A stretch of 64,000 bases of DNA from positions 32,001 through 96,000 of the forward strand of contig CBDCCZ010000044.1 of assembly GCA_965215005.1 (NCBI GenBank), read 5' to 3'. Each line of letters opens with the position of its first letter. The first letter of the stretch is position 1. Shown piece by piece: positions 39,249 through 51,060 of this stretch. Both the position numbers and the translations under genes were made by a program. The stretch is from Kofleriaceae bacterium (GTDB taxonomy: Bacteria; Myxococcota_A; Polyangia; Haliangiales; Haliangiaceae). Under the pieces are notes generated by a model. The model was not told where the DNA came from, did no database searches, and saw only the letters and a list, made by a program, of their open reading frames with translations.

Positions 39249-39752
39249 TCACAACCGTGGCGGGTTTGTTCCTGATCCGGAGGCCGATGCGGTTGCTGCC
39301 GGTTCCGCAGCCGGGGACTGAGCTTGCTTCGGAGAGCTCACCGGTGCGTTTTTGCGAAACGCTTGCGCGACCGCGTCGAGGGCCTTTCCGGTGGGATCGG
39401 CGCCCGCGCGGTCGACCAACACCAGGAGTTGCTGGCCCGCTACCAGTGCTAGTCCAGTTGACTCACCAACCAGCTCGAGCGCCGCCGTGCGAGCGGCTGT
39501 GGCGGCGGCATCATCTGTATAGCTGCACAGCGTGGTCTCAAGTCCCGGTCCTGTGCGGCCTCGCAAACAGCTGTTTCCCAGGCTCGCAGAGCCAAACACG
39601 TCGAAGTCGTTGGGGGCGAGCTGGGAGGTTTGCCAGGCGGCGAGCACCGGGACGAATGGTTTGGCCGCTTCGCGCGGATCCGTGCTGTCGCAAGCGCCAA
39701 GAAGAAGGGAGAGGCCAATACCTCCCACGATCATGCTTCGCAGTAAACCCAT
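39249..39752 (-). CDS. Hypothetical lipoprotein
   Basis: Lipobox LLLGAC; co-oriented with two upstream genes. Confidence 0.7.
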   Translation of the reverse strand: MGLLRSMIVGGIGLSLLLGACDSTDPREAAKPFVPVLAAWQTSQLAPNDFDVFGSASLGNSCLRGRTGPGLETTLCSYTDDAAATAARTAALELVGESTGLALVAGQQLLVLVDRAGADPTGKALDAVAQAFRKNAPVSSPKQAQSPAAEPAATASASGSGTNPPRL

Positions 39753-39838
39753 CGTTCCATGCCTTTCGATTGCCCGGTTCGGTCGTACCCGTGCGGAGCG
39801 GGCGAAACCACAGCCGCGTCCTCTGATGCGAGGCATCC

Positions 39839-40594
39839 TCAATGCTTGCCGTGGTGCTTAAACTTCATTCGGTGACCACGGCCCTTCTTGCGCTTCTTGA
39901 CCTTGTAGTAGCGACGGTCGTGATGATGGTGGTCGTGCTCGACGTACACGGCTGGGGCCCCAACACCGATCTCGATGGTGGGCACGTGTAGCTCGACACC
40001 GGCACGGAACACCGGCGCAGCGACATGAACATCGGCTTCGGCGGCTACCACCGACGAGACGCGCGGCGCGTGAACCTCGACCGCGGGCGCGACGATCACC
40101 ACCGGCCGCGTGTAAACCAGCGGCTCATAATATAGGTCGATCGCGGCGTAGCGCTTCTTGCCTAGCTTGTAGGCGCGTGGGAAGCGCCCCGTATAGACAT
40201 TGATCTCACCGCGCAGCTCGAAGTTCACTCCTGGTGCCTCGACGTGGAAGTGCGGGCCGGTGATGTAGCACCACAGGCCGACTGGCTCCTGGTCGACATG
40301 AACCTCGAGTGGATGATGCCCTTTGAACGCGTAGCGCGGGCCATCGTAGCCGTGAGCGACGGGATCACCGATGAAGATGTAGCCGTCGCCGTGAACGCGG
40401 TAGAGCGTGTCGCGCTCATCGGGCTCGTATACGTGCACGTGCGGCACGCTGATCAGGCAGAACTCCGCTGCATGCGTTTTGGGAATCGGGTGGGTGCCTA
40501 CGTACTGCACTTGTCCGGCGTAGGCCGCGGTGCTCGCTGCTAGCGAGACAGCGGCGGCAATGAGGAGGCACGGAAGCGTTTTCGAGATCATCAT
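39839..40594 (-). CDS. Exported His-rich hypothetical protein
   Basis: Signal peptide ending AYA; GAGGAG RBS; duplicated His/Cys motif; His/Lys-rich tail. Confidence 0.8.
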   Translation of the reverse strand: MMISKTLPCLLIAAAVSLAASTAAYAGQVQYVGTHPIPKTHAAEFCLISVPHVHVYEPDERDTLYRVHGDGYIFIGDPVAHGYDGPRYAFKGHHPLEVHVDQEPVGLWCYITGPHFHVEAPGVNFELRGEINVYTGRFPRAYKLGKKRYAAIDLYYEPLVYTRPVVIVAPAVEVHAPRVSSVVAAEADVHVAAPVFRAGVELHVPTIEIGVGAPAVYVEHDHHHHDRRYYKVKKRKKGRGHRMKFKHHGKH

Positions 40595-40602
40595 GTTGCT
40601 CC

Positions 40603-41157
40603 TCAGAAGAAGAATCGCACGCCGATCGCGGCGGTGAGATCGAAGTCATCGTCGTAGTAGTCGTCATTCAAGAAGTCGAAGACTGGTACCAGCTCGAAAA
40701 ACACATCGATGGGCGCGTTGCGAAAGTCGAGCGCTACGCCAAACGGCACTCGAAGGCCGGCGTGGACGTGCTCGTCGTAATAGCGATCTCTTCGGTAGTA
40801 GTCGTGCTCGAAAAAGCGAGCACCGACACCGAGGTAGAAAGGCATCGCGAGCGTGGCGTTCTCGACGATCACCGCGGGATGCCAGAGAACATCGAAGTGC
40901 GCGTGTAGGTCATCGTCGTAGCCATAGTGGTCGTCGTAGACGCCGAGGCCGAAGTCGATCGCAAGCGGGCGGTCATCGAGGAACAGCTTCGCCGACAGCC
41001 CCGAAGGCGCTCCGAGCATGATGCCAATCCCAAAGCTCTTATCGGTTACGTAGCTGCGTGAGCGTGCGCGGCGGCGGGCCTCGGCATCACTTGCCGCAAC
41101 CAGTAGCATCGTCGCTGCCACCAATACGCTCGCAGAGCGGAGCACATTAGACTTCAT
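40603..41157 (-). CDS. Small outer-membrane beta-barrel-like protein
   Basis: GGAGGT RBS; signal peptide ending AEA; alternating amphipathic strands; C-terminal IGVRFFF. Confidence 0.75.
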   Translation of the reverse strand: MKSNVLRSASVLVAATMLLVAASDAEARRRARSRSYVTDKSFGIGIMLGAPSGLSAKLFLDDRPLAIDFGLGVYDDHYGYDDDLHAHFDVLWHPAVIVENATLAMPFYLGVGARFFEHDYYRRDRYYDEHVHAGLRVPFGVALDFRNAPIDVFFELVPVFDFLNDDYYDDDFDLTAAIGVRFFF

Positions 41158-41300
41158 TTTTAGACCTCCCATCATCGGACGACTGCCCTCATCGCAACTG
41201 CCGTACCACCATCGCTGCACGCGATATCGCGAGGTTGGCTCGGAGGATTTGGAACCGTGCGGTTCTTGGGGAGCCGAACGGTTCCGCGCTAAGCTAGCTG

Positions 41301-42653
41301 TTGGTGTCGAGCCAGCGCCACGAGCTCCCCGCTGCGACGACGATCGTCCGCTCTGCCGATCGGCTCGTGGCCCTCCGCGTGCCGCGGCTCGATCTGGAGA
41401 TCATCGGTCCCGGCACCCATGCGCGTATGGAATTGAGCGGGCGACGCGTTCGTATCGGCAGCGCACCCACCAACGATCTCGTGCTCGACGATCGCTTGGT
41501 GTCGCGGTTCCACTGCTCGTTGATTGCCGACGACACCGGCTTTCGACTTCTCGACGAACGCAGCGCCAACGGCACCTTCGTCAATGGGGTTCAAGTGCGC
41601 GATGGGTATTTGCCCGACGGTGCTCGGGTGCAGCTCGGCGAGACGCTGGTAGTCGTGCGCTTTGGCAAAAATGCGCAGGAGGTCGAGCTGTCGCAGGAGG
41701 AGAGGTTTGGTGCGCTAGTCGGCCGCAGTGTGGGGATGCGTGAGCTGTTTGCGCTAGCGCGTCGTGCGGCGAGCTCATCGTTGTCAGTGGTGATCCTCGG
41801 CGAGACCGGTACTGGCAAGGACCTGCTCGCTCGCGCCATTCACGACCACAGCCCACGTGCCGCAGGACCGTACCAAGTCTTCGACTGCGGCGCGGTGGCT
41901 CCCACGTTGATCGAGGCAGCGCTGTTTGGTCACGTCCGCGGCGCCTTCACCGGCGCAGACAGCGAACGCGCCGGCGTCTTTGAGCACGCCAGCGGTGGCA
42001 CGTTGTTTCTCGACGAGCTCGGTGAGCTGCCACTGCACCTACAGCCCAAGCTGCTGCGCGTGCTCGAGACCGGCACCTTGACCCGCATTGGTTCCCCGCA
42101 TCCGGTACGCGTCGACGTGCGCGTCGTGGCGGCAACCAACCGCGATCTGCACAACGAGGTCGAAGAAGAGCGCTTTCGTGCCGATCTGTTCTACCGACTC
42201 GCTGTCGTACCACTCACGATTCCGCCGCTACGCGAGCGCCCCGAAGACATTCCGCTGCTCGCCGCGCATTTTCTTGGCCATCTACTCGTGCACTCGCGAG
42301 CCGACGCCGCTTGGCTCGGGCAGCACCTAGACGGTGCGTTCGGCTCGCTTGCACATCATCGCTGGCCAGGAAACGTGCGCGAGCTGCGCAACGTGGTGGA
42401 GCGCGCCGCGGCCATGGCAGATCCTGCCGAGCTGCGCAAAGACGGCTTTGCTCGCCTAGTCGCGCTGCGAACGTGCATCGGCGAGACGATGCGCCGGCGG
42501 CCGCCGTTGGCCGCTGCTCGCGAGCAATTTGATCGCGACTATCTGCGCGACTTGCTCACTCACACCGCAGGCGATCGCCAGCGAGCGGCCGAGCTAGCGG
42601 ATATCCATCCCAAGTCGTTCGCGCGGCTGCTACGCCGCTACGGCATGAGCTGA
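41301..42653 (+). CDS. FHA-domain sigma-54 enhancer-binding protein
   Basis: FHA ([13 protein letters not shown]), [27 protein letters not shown]-terminal HTH. Confidence 0.94.
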   Translation: MVSSQRHELPAATTIVRSADRLVALRVPRLDLEIIGPGTHARMELSGRRVRIGSAPTNDLVLDDRLVSRFHCSLIADDTGFRLLDERSANGTFVNGVQVRDGYLPDGARVQLGETLVVVRFGKNAQEVELSQEERFGALVGRSVGMRELFALARRAASSSLSVVILGETGTGKDLLARAIHDHSPRAAGPYQVFDCGAVAPTLIEAALFGHVRGAFTGADSERAGVFEHASGGTLFLDELGELPLHLQPKLLRVLETGTLTRIGSPHPVRVDVRVVAATNRDLHNEVEEERFRADLFYRLAVVPLTIPPLRERPEDIPLLAAHFLGHLLVHSRADAAWLGQHLDGAFGSLAHHRWPGNVRELRNVVERAAAMADPAELRKDGFARLVALRTCIGETMRRRPPLAAAREQFDRDYLRDLLTHTAGDRQRAAELADIHPKSFARLLRRYGMS

Positions 42654-42657
42654 AGAC

Positions 42658-43416
42658 TCAGCGTTGCCCGAGCTCTGCGTCGACCGCGTCGGCAACCGCG
42701 TCGGTGACCTCCGCGATGCTGCGCCCGGAGGTGTCCACAACGTGATGGGCGCTGGCATAGAGAGGCTCGCGGGCGGCGAGGAGCGCGCGCAGCTCGGCAA
42801 ATGCGTGGGGATTTTTGGCCATGGGCCGCGCATCGCCCTGTTGAATGACGCGGTTCCAATGATCCGCGGCTTTGCCGCGCAACCACACGGTGCGCGTCGC
42901 CTGCTGCAGCAGCGCGAAATTTTCGCGGTCGTTGACGATGGAGCCGCCGGTGGCGAGCACCATCGCTTGTGGCGCGCTTAGCAAACGGCGCAGGACCTCG
43001 CGCTCGATTCGCCGGTAGTACGCCTCGCCGTGAAGCTCGAAGATCTCACTGAGACCCAGCCCTGCGGCCTGCTCGATGCGCGCGTCCACCTCGATGAAGG
43101 AAACCTCGTAGCGACGCGCGAGCTCCGCGCCCACCGTTGATTTGCCGGCGCCGCGAACACCTAGTAACGCAACCACCCGCGAGCCGTTTGCTGTGGAGGT
43201 AGTCCCCGCGAGGAGCTCAGAGGGCGTGGTGCTAAGCGCTTCCGCGACATCGGCAAATCGCGCCAACGAGATGTTGCCGTGGCCGCCTTCGAGCTGCGCG
43301 AGGAAACGCTCCGATAGATGCGAGCGCTCAGCGAGCTGCCGGCGGCTGAGCCCGAGGCGCTCGCGCAGCGCCCGAACGCGCGCGCCGACCGTAGTAAGCA
43401 GCGCTTGATGCTTCAT
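42658..43416 (-). CDS. boxR: BoxR/BzdR-type regulator (XRE HTH + shikimate-kinase-like domain)
   Basis: SERFLAQLEGGHGNIS HTH fused to GVRGAGKST and ATGGS; divergent from boxC. Confidence 0.88.
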   Translation of the reverse strand: MKHQALLTTVGARVRALRERLGLSRRQLAERSHLSERFLAQLEGGHGNISLARFADVAEALSTTPSELLAGTTSTANGSRVVALLGVRGAGKSTVGAELARRYEVSFIEVDARIEQAAGLGLSEIFELHGEAYYRRIEREVLRRLLSAPQAMVLATGGSIVNDRENFALLQQATRTVWLRGKAADHWNRVIQQGDARPMAKNPHAFAELRALLAAREPLYASAHHVVDTSGRSIAEVTDAVADAVDAELGQR

Positions 43417-43422
43417 GGCAGC

Positions 43423-43467
43423 GGAAATATATTGCAATCATCATCCGCTGTCTAGCATTAAAGTGCT
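43423..43467. promoter_or_regulatory. Candidate BoxR operator boxes
   Basis: GGAA-ATATAT-TGCA (43423-43436) and AGCA-TTAAAG-TGCT (43454-43467) in the boxR/boxC gap; BzdR-family regulators bind TGCA-containing repeats. Confidence 0.45.
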
Positions 43468-43502
43468 TGCCGCGGCGGCGGGAACGCGGTACATAGATAG
43501 AC

Positions 43503-45152
<1,650 letters not shown>

Positions 45153-45154
45153 TC

Positions 45155-46570
45155 ATGGCGCACATCTCCGATGAGAAAATTCCCAACAACGTCAACCTGT
45201 CGAGCGACCGGCGACTGCAGCGCGCGCTCGAGAAGTGGCAGCCGAAGTTCTTGGATTGGTGGATGGAGATGGGGCCGGAGGGCTTCCAGCTAGACGATAT
45301 CTACCTGCGCACGGCGATTTCCGTGGATAGCGGCGGTTGGGCTCACTTCGATCACGTAAAGATGCCCGACTACCGATGGGGCATCTTCCTGCAGCCCAAA
45401 GAGGAAAACCGCACCCACCACTTCGGTGATCGGATTGGCCAGCCGGTGTGGGATGACGTTCCCGGTGAGTTCCGCACCATGCTGCGGCGCCTAATCGTCA
45501 CGCAGGGCGATACCGAGCCTGCCTCGGTCGAGCAGCAGAGGCGGCTGGGACACACCGCGCCTTCGCTCTATGACCTGCGCAATCTGTTTCAGGTCAACGT
45601 GGAAGAAGGACGCCATCTTTGGGCGATGGTGTACTTGCTGCACACGTACTTTGGCCGCGACGGCCGCGAGGAAGCCGAGGGAATGCTCTTGCGACGCTCA
45701 GGCGATGAGGATCGTCCGCGTATCCTCGGGGCGTTCAATGAGCCGACGGCCCACTGGCTGTCGTTCTTCATGTTCACGATGTTCACCGATCGCGACGGCA
45801 AGTATCAGCTGTCATCGCTTTCTGAGAGCGGCTTCGATCCACTGGCGCGAACGTGTCGGTTCATGCTCACCGAAGAAGCGCATCACATGTTCGTCGGCGA
45901 GACCGGCGTGCAGCGCGTGGTCGAGCGGACCTGCGAGCTGATGAAGCGCGATCCCAATGGTGAGGCGCGCGCGCAGGGCGGCATCGATCTCGACACCATC
46001 CAGAAGTACCTAAACATGTGGTACACGCTGTCTCTGGATCTGTTTGGTGGCGAGGAGTCTTCCAACGCCGCGGATGCCTTCGCCTCGGGACTCAAGGGGC
46101 GCCATCGTGAAGGACGCTACGAAGAGCACACCTGCCTGAGCGACACCTACACCATCGAGGTCGTCGAGAACGGGCGGATCGGCCAGCGCGAAATTCCCAT
46201 GCGCAAGGCCCTCAATGAGGTGCTCCGCGACGAGTATGTCAAAGACTGCGAGCGCGGCGTGGGCAAGTGGAACAAGACCATCGCCAAGGCCGGCGTTGAT
46301 TACGAGTTGCGTCTGCCGAGCCGCCGCTTTCATCGCTCGATCGGTCAATTTGCCGGCGTTCATTGCGATCCCGAAGGCAATCTCTTGAGTGAGAGCGAGT
46401 GGAACGCGCGGCGCCACGAATGGCTGCCGTCCGAGCAGGACGAAGAGTTCATCAAGAGCCTGATGCAGCCCGTGCGTGAGCCGGGCAAGATCGCCAACTG
46501 GATCGCTCCGCCACTGCGTGGGATCAACGGCCAACCGTTCGAGTTCGAGTACGTGCGTCCCGCCGATTAG
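45155..46570 (+). CDS. boxB: Benzoyl-CoA 2,3-epoxidase subunit B
   Basis: IPNNV, QGDTEPASVEQ, VNVEEGRH, DRDGKYQL, EEAHH diiron ligands. Confidence 0.96.
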   Translation: MAHISDEKIPNNVNLSSDRRLQRALEKWQPKFLDWWMEMGPEGFQLDDIYLRTAISVDSGGWAHFDHVKMPDYRWGIFLQPKEENRTHHFGDRIGQPVWDDVPGEFRTMLRRLIVTQGDTEPASVEQQRRLGHTAPSLYDLRNLFQVNVEEGRHLWAMVYLLHTYFGRDGREEAEGMLLRRSGDEDRPRILGAFNEPTAHWLSFFMFTMFTDRDGKYQLSSLSESGFDPLARTCRFMLTEEAHHMFVGETGVQRVVERTCELMKRDPNGEARAQGGIDLDTIQKYLNMWYTLSLDLFGGEESSNAADAFASGLKGRHREGRYEEHTCLSDTYTIEVVENGRIGQREIPMRKALNEVLRDEYVKDCERGVGKWNKTIAKAGVDYELRLPSRRFHRSIGQFAGVHCDPEGNLLSESEWNARRHEWLPSEQDEEFIKSLMQPVREPGKIANWIAPPLRGINGQPFEFEYVRPAD

Positions 46571-46980
46571 TAGCGATTGTTGCTTTTCTAGCGGTTGACG
46601 ACTTCCGCCGCGAACCACTGGCGAGCCTCGTCTCGTACCCGCCTTGTCGGGAAAGTATCTGCCCTTTCGTTCGTTACGACGGCCGCTGCCCATTCCTGCG
46701 ATGCAGCGGCCGTTCGCGGGTTCGGCAACGTCAACGCTTGGCAACGCTTGGATACAAATCAGTACAACTTTCTTCACAGCGCTCGTAGCAGCCCGGTTTT
46801 TACCTGCGCTACGGTGCTCGCCAGTTGCTGTTACGCGCCTGCTTAGGCGTCTTCGATGCAAAAACGCGAAAGCAGCGTCTCAGCAGTGTAAGCGGCAGGT
46901 CCGGGAGACGTTTCTCCCTGGCTAACTCCAGCAGTCTCGAAACCGAAACCACGCTGGACCTACTGATAGAGGAGCGAACC

Positions 46981-47244
46981 ATGCGAATCCTGCGTTCTAC
47001 GATTCTTGCGATTGGTCTGATGGGTCTTGCCGGCGCTTGCGGAGGCAGCGGCGGCGACAAAGACACCACCCCCGAGCCCGCTGCGGCGCCGATGGAAGGC
47101 GACATGGCCGGTGACGACATGGGCGGCGACATGGAGAACCCGTGTCACGGCGACGACATGGCCAACCCGTGTGGTGGTGACATGGACAACCCCTGCGGTG
47201 GCGGCGATGACATGGCCGACCCCTGCGGCGGCGACGACTGGTAG
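46981..47244 (+). CDS. Small lipoprotein with Met/Asp-rich [ND]PCxG repeats
   Basis: AGAGGAG RBS; signal MRILRSTILAIGLMGLAGAC; 87 aa; strong GC3 codon bias. Confidence 0.85.
   Translation: MRILRSTILAIGLMGLAGACGGSGGDKDTTPEPAAAPMEGDMAGDDMGGDMENPCHGDDMANPCGGDMDNPCGGGDDMADPCGGDDW
47095..47241 (+). repeat. Coding tandem repeat GACATG-NNN-(A/G)ACCC-NTG(C/T)-...
   Basis: Four full units (DMENPCHG, DMANPCGG, DMDNPCGG, DMADPCGG) plus upstream GDM partial units. Confidence 0.85.
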
Positions 47245-47397
47245 ATCACTCACCAACGTAAGGATTGGCGAGTCGTACATCGGCTCGCTCCTCCTTGGCT
47301 TTGGCGAATGAGGCGTGCTCGCACTGGTGCGGCACGCCTCATTCCGTTTCGGGACGTAGATTGCGGGTGTAGCGAGGGCCCGGGGTATGCTGCGCGG

Positions 47398-48210
47398 ATG
47401 GAGTGGCGCGCCCTCGGAAGAACAGCCATCGAGGTGCCCGTGGTCGGCATGGGGACGTATCGCGTCTTCAACGTCAATGACGATGCCGGCGGGGCCCGAT
47501 GCGAGGCGGTGGTGGATGGTGCGCTCGCCAGCGGCATTCGGCTGTTCGATTCATCACCGATGTACGGCCACGCCGAGCGCGTCTTGGCGGATGCACTCGG
47601 CGAACGGCGAGGCGATGCCGTGGTTGCTACCAAGGTGTGGGCGCGGACCCGAGCGGTAGGCGAGGCGCAGATCGAGCGCGCTCTGGAGTGGTTTGAGCGG
47701 GTTGAGCTGTTTCAGGTGCACAATTTGCTGGCTGCCGGCGATCACCTGCCGCTTCTTCACCACCTCAAAGGCGAAGGGCGTATTTCAGCCGTTGGGGCCT
47801 CGCAGTACTTGACGCGCGGTTTCGCGGAGCTGAGCGAGCGGATGGGCAGCGGCGAGCTCGAGGTGATCGAGATTCCATATCACCCGCTTGAGTGCAGCGC
47901 CCAAGCGGAGCTTTTGCCCGCGGCCGAAGCCTTGGGCGTTGGCGTTATCGCGATGACACCGCTAGGCGCTGGGCGGCTGTTGCGCCGCTATCCACCAGAC
48001 GAAGAGCTCGCGCCGCTTGCACCATATGGCGTGCACACCTGGCCACAGGCGGTGCTCAAGTGGATCCTCAGCGACCGCCGCGTCCAAGCCGTCATTCCCG
48101 CGACCTCTTCGCCAGAGCACGTGCGCGAGAACGCCGCCGCCGGTGAGCCTCCCTGGTTCACCAATGACGAGCGTCAATACGTGCAACGCTTGGCCGAGCG
48201 CTATCAGTGA
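47398..48210 (+). CDS. Aldo/keto reductase
   Basis: GMGT, FDSSPMYG, ATK, QVHN, IPAT...HVREN. Confidence 0.9.
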   Translation: MEWRALGRTAIEVPVVGMGTYRVFNVNDDAGGARCEAVVDGALASGIRLFDSSPMYGHAERVLADALGERRGDAVVATKVWARTRAVGEAQIERALEWFERVELFQVHNLLAAGDHLPLLHHLKGEGRISAVGASQYLTRGFAELSERMGSGELEVIEIPYHPLECSAQAELLPAAEALGVGVIAMTPLGAGRLLRRYPPDEELAPLAPYGVHTWPQAVLKWILSDRRVQAVIPATSSPEHVRENAAAGEPPWFTNDERQYVQRLAERYQ

Positions 48211-48217
48211 GCGGCGA

Positions 48218-48901
48218 TCACGGCTCGTGACGCGCGATTTGTTCCGGCCCAATCTGCTGCATGGCCAGCTTGGCGCAGCTGCGTACGGTATCGCGATCGT
48301 TCATGCTCGGGCCGCCGCGCGCGCCGATGATGCAGCGCGTATCGCGATCGATCGCCTGGTACGCGTAAGCGTCGTACTCGCCCCGTTGCGTCACTTGCAC
48401 GCATGACTCGACCGGCAGGTCGTCCCGAGTGAGCTGGTTTCCCAGCCTGCTGCACCGCGAGCGGAACGCCTCATCTTCGGCGATCTGCCAGCAGTAAAGG
48501 CTGATCGAGCAGAGCTCGTCGCCTGGAAGAACGCCGAGCGTGCGCTGTTTCTCGAGCATCTTTTCTTGTTGCTCGAGGGCCAACGGCTCGCCGCCCCGAG
48601 CAATCGAGCACACTGCGGTAGCTTCGCCGTCGCTACCCGTTGTCGCTTCCATCACCACTGGCTCAGCCTCGCCGAGCGCGTCGGTAAACGCGGTTGGATC
48701 GAGCAAGTCCTCGCAGGCGATGTGTTTGCCGCCGGGCACCGGCGTTGCGACCTTCACCGCACCCGGACCGCCACTGCGTTTTTGCCGCGCTTCGTCTGCC
48801 TGCTTGCGGGCGTAGTCTTTGGCGGCTTCCTCGCTCGAGCTGCATGCGATCAGCGCAAGCGCGAGCAGGCCCGTTACGGCGAACATGGTGAAGCGAATCA
48901 T
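48218..48901 (-). CDS. Hypothetical Cys-containing lipoprotein
   Basis: Lipobox LIAC; several spaced Cys; fills the gap between convergent/divergent genes. Confidence 0.72.
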   Translation of the reverse strand: MIRFTMFAVTGLLALALIACSSSEEAAKDYARKQADEARQKRSGGPGAVKVATPVPGGKHIACEDLLDPTAFTDALGEAEPVVMEATTGSDGEATAVCSIARGGEPLALEQQEKMLEKQRTLGVLPGDELCSISLYCWQIAEDEAFRSRCSRLGNQLTRDDLPVESCVQVTQRGEYDAYAYQAIDRDTRCIIGARGGPSMNDRDTVRSCAKLAMQQIGPEQIARHEP

Positions 48902-49002
48902 GATACCCCCTGGGCCGGGCACGATATCACAGGCGATCTGCTGGCGCGGTGGCGACGATTCGTGGGCCTTGCGCTGGCAGCCGCACACGAGTATCAAGCC
49001 CC

Positions 49003-49539
49003 GTGAACTTGGTGCGCGATCTACCGCTGTGGGATGCCGTGGGGAACCTGCAAATGATCGTCGAGGTTCCGCGTGGCAGTGAGGTCAAGCTGAAGTACGA
49101 CGAGGCGACGCACACCTTCGCTTGGTCGCGGCCGCTTTGCGCGGGGATGCGGTTTCCTGGCGACTATGGCTTTTTGCCGCAGACGTTGGCCGAGGACGGG
49201 GACGCCGTTGATGCGCTGCTCTTTTCCGAGCTCGCGAGCTACCCCGGCGTGGTCGTGTGCGGGCGGGCGATTGCGGCGTTGCGGGTCGAGCAGCACAAGG
49301 ACGGCCAGGCTTCGCGGCGCAATGATCGGGTGCTCATCGCGGCCGCCAATGATCATCGAGTCGCTCATGTTCGCGATGTCACCGACATTGCGCAGCGCGT
49401 GCTCGACGAGCTCGAGCAGTTCTTCGCAGCGTCGTTGGCACTCACCGGCAAGCGCGTCACGTTCCACGGTTGGGCCGATTGCGTCGAGGCAAGCGCCCTC
49501 ATCGAGGCGGCCGCGGCTCGCTACGCCGCCAGCCTTTGA
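49003..49539 (+). CDS. ppa: Inorganic pyrophosphatase (family I)
   Basis: VEVPRGS..K, YGFLPQT, DGDAVD motif. Confidence 0.88.
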   Translation: MNLVRDLPLWDAVGNLQMIVEVPRGSEVKLKYDEATHTFAWSRPLCAGMRFPGDYGFLPQTLAEDGDAVDALLFSELASYPGVVVCGRAIAALRVEQHKDGQASRRNDRVLIAAANDHRVAHVRDVTDIAQRVLDELEQFFAASLALTGKRVTFHGWADCVEASALIEAAAARYAASL

Positions 49540-49588
49540 ATGGCCACATGCTGCGCCAGCAAGCGGCTTGCGCCCATTGCGTAGCAGC

Positions 49589-50893
49589 TCAGCGCTGGCC
49601 ACGAACCCGATGCAGCGCCGCCTCAGCGATCGGCCGCAGCTCATCGCGAAGCTCTGCTGCACACACCAGCCGTACCGCCGACAGCGGCTGCCCAAGCGGC
49701 ATCGAATCCAGCATGTGACCCAGCGTGGCCGCTCCATGACGCGGATGACCGACGACGTGCAGCTCCTCGTCATCGCCGGGCATGTAGCCGACTTGCCGCG
49801 CGGTATCGATGTGAACATAGAATCTCGCCGCCTCGCCAAACCGTTTCTCGGCGAGCTCGCGCACCGGCCCCTCGATGCGCTCAACGATGCGCGGGTCATC
49901 GCCGAGATCGATGGTCTTGAACAGTCGGCGACGAAGCAGCCGAGTCGCTAGATCGCGCAACACGGGATCGCTTGCGGCACCGCGCTCGCCAGCGGCACCC
50001 AGACCTGCCCAAGCATCGATCGCGCCGTTGACGCTGAAGTCGTCGAGGTAGAGGTACTGGCTGACCTCGAGATTTTGCTGTTGGGCCAGCCGCGCAGCGA
50101 TTTCCAGCCCAGTTGGCTCTCTGCCCTCGCGAGCCAACTGGGCGAAGCGTTCGAGCAGCTTGATGAACATCCACTCGGCGGCGCGCACGGTTTTGTGGTG
50201 ATAGACCTGCGCATACATATAGGAGCGCGCAAACAGGTACTGCTCCACGGCGTACATGCCGCGGCGATAGTCCACGACCAGATCGGTAGGATTGGGCGAG
50301 CTCGGCACTCGTTCGATGCGCAGCGCGTGGATGATCCAGTCGAGATCATAGGTGGCGTAGCCCGCACCGGAGTAATGCCCATCGCGCAAGAGATAGTCCA
50401 GGCGATCGACATCGAGCTGCGAAGACACCAGCTTGCGCGCGAACGTCGGCTGATAGGTCTTGTTCCAAAATGCTTCGAGAACCGCTGGCAAGCCAGCTTC
50501 CAAACCTTCGAGCACCGCTGCGAGCTCGGCGTCTTCGGTGACGATGCGCGCGCCCCAGCGTTCATGATCACCACCGCCGAACACGTGCTCCCAAGCGTGG
50601 GAAAACGGCCCGTGCCCGATATCGTGCAGCAGGGCGGCCAGCTTGACGTGTCGCCCTACGCGGGGCTCGAGCTTGAGCTGTCGGACGACCCGCTGCGCCA
50701 CGTGATAGGCGCCCAAGGCATGGCCAAAGCGCGAGTGCTCGGCGCCGGGATAGACCAGCCACGCAAAGCCCATCTGCTTGATGCGCCGCAAGCGCTGGAA
50801 TGCACGCGTCTCGAGCACCGCTGCGAGCTCTGTGTCCTCGCCGCGAAACTCGATCAAGCCGTGCACGGGGTCCCTAAACACGCGGTCCCGCAT
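49589..50893 (-). CDS. HD-domain phosphohydrolase (dNTPase/YwfO-like)
   Basis: [47 protein letters not shown]. Confidence 0.92.
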   Translation of the reverse strand: MRDRVFRDPVHGLIEFRGEDTELAAVLETRAFQRLRRIKQMGFAWLVYPGAEHSRFGHALGAYHVAQRVVRQLKLEPRVGRHVKLAALLHDIGHGPFSHAWEHVFGGGDHERWGARIVTEDAELAAVLEGLEAGLPAVLEAFWNKTYQPTFARKLVSSQLDVDRLDYLLRDGHYSGAGYATYDLDWIIHALRIERVPSSPNPTDLVVDYRRGMYAVEQYLFARSYMYAQVYHHKTVRAAEWMFIKLLERFAQLAREGREPTGLEIAARLAQQQNLEVSQYLYLDDFSVNGAIDAWAGLGAAGERGAASDPVLRDLATRLLRRRLFKTIDLGDDPRIVERIEGPVRELAEKRFGEAARFYVHIDTARQVGYMPGDDEELHVVGHPRHGAATLGHMLDSMPLGQPLSAVRLVCAAELRDELRPIAEAALHRVRGQR

Positions 50894-51060
50894 GGCTGCG
50901 CCCACTATAGCGGCGCCCGGCGATCACCACCACCCCTAGCGGTTCATGGCGCAAGTCGTGAATCGCTTCGGGGGCGACGCCTCGCGTTCGTGGCGCGGCT
51001 GGGTTGGCTCGGCAACCGCGCTCATCATCCTTGCGCGCGCGTCGGCTCGGCGGCGATAAC

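Noticed and set aside
47095..47241. Regularly spaced repeats as a CRISPR array
   Set aside because: Units are in-frame, vary at codon positions, have no unique spacers and no cas operon.
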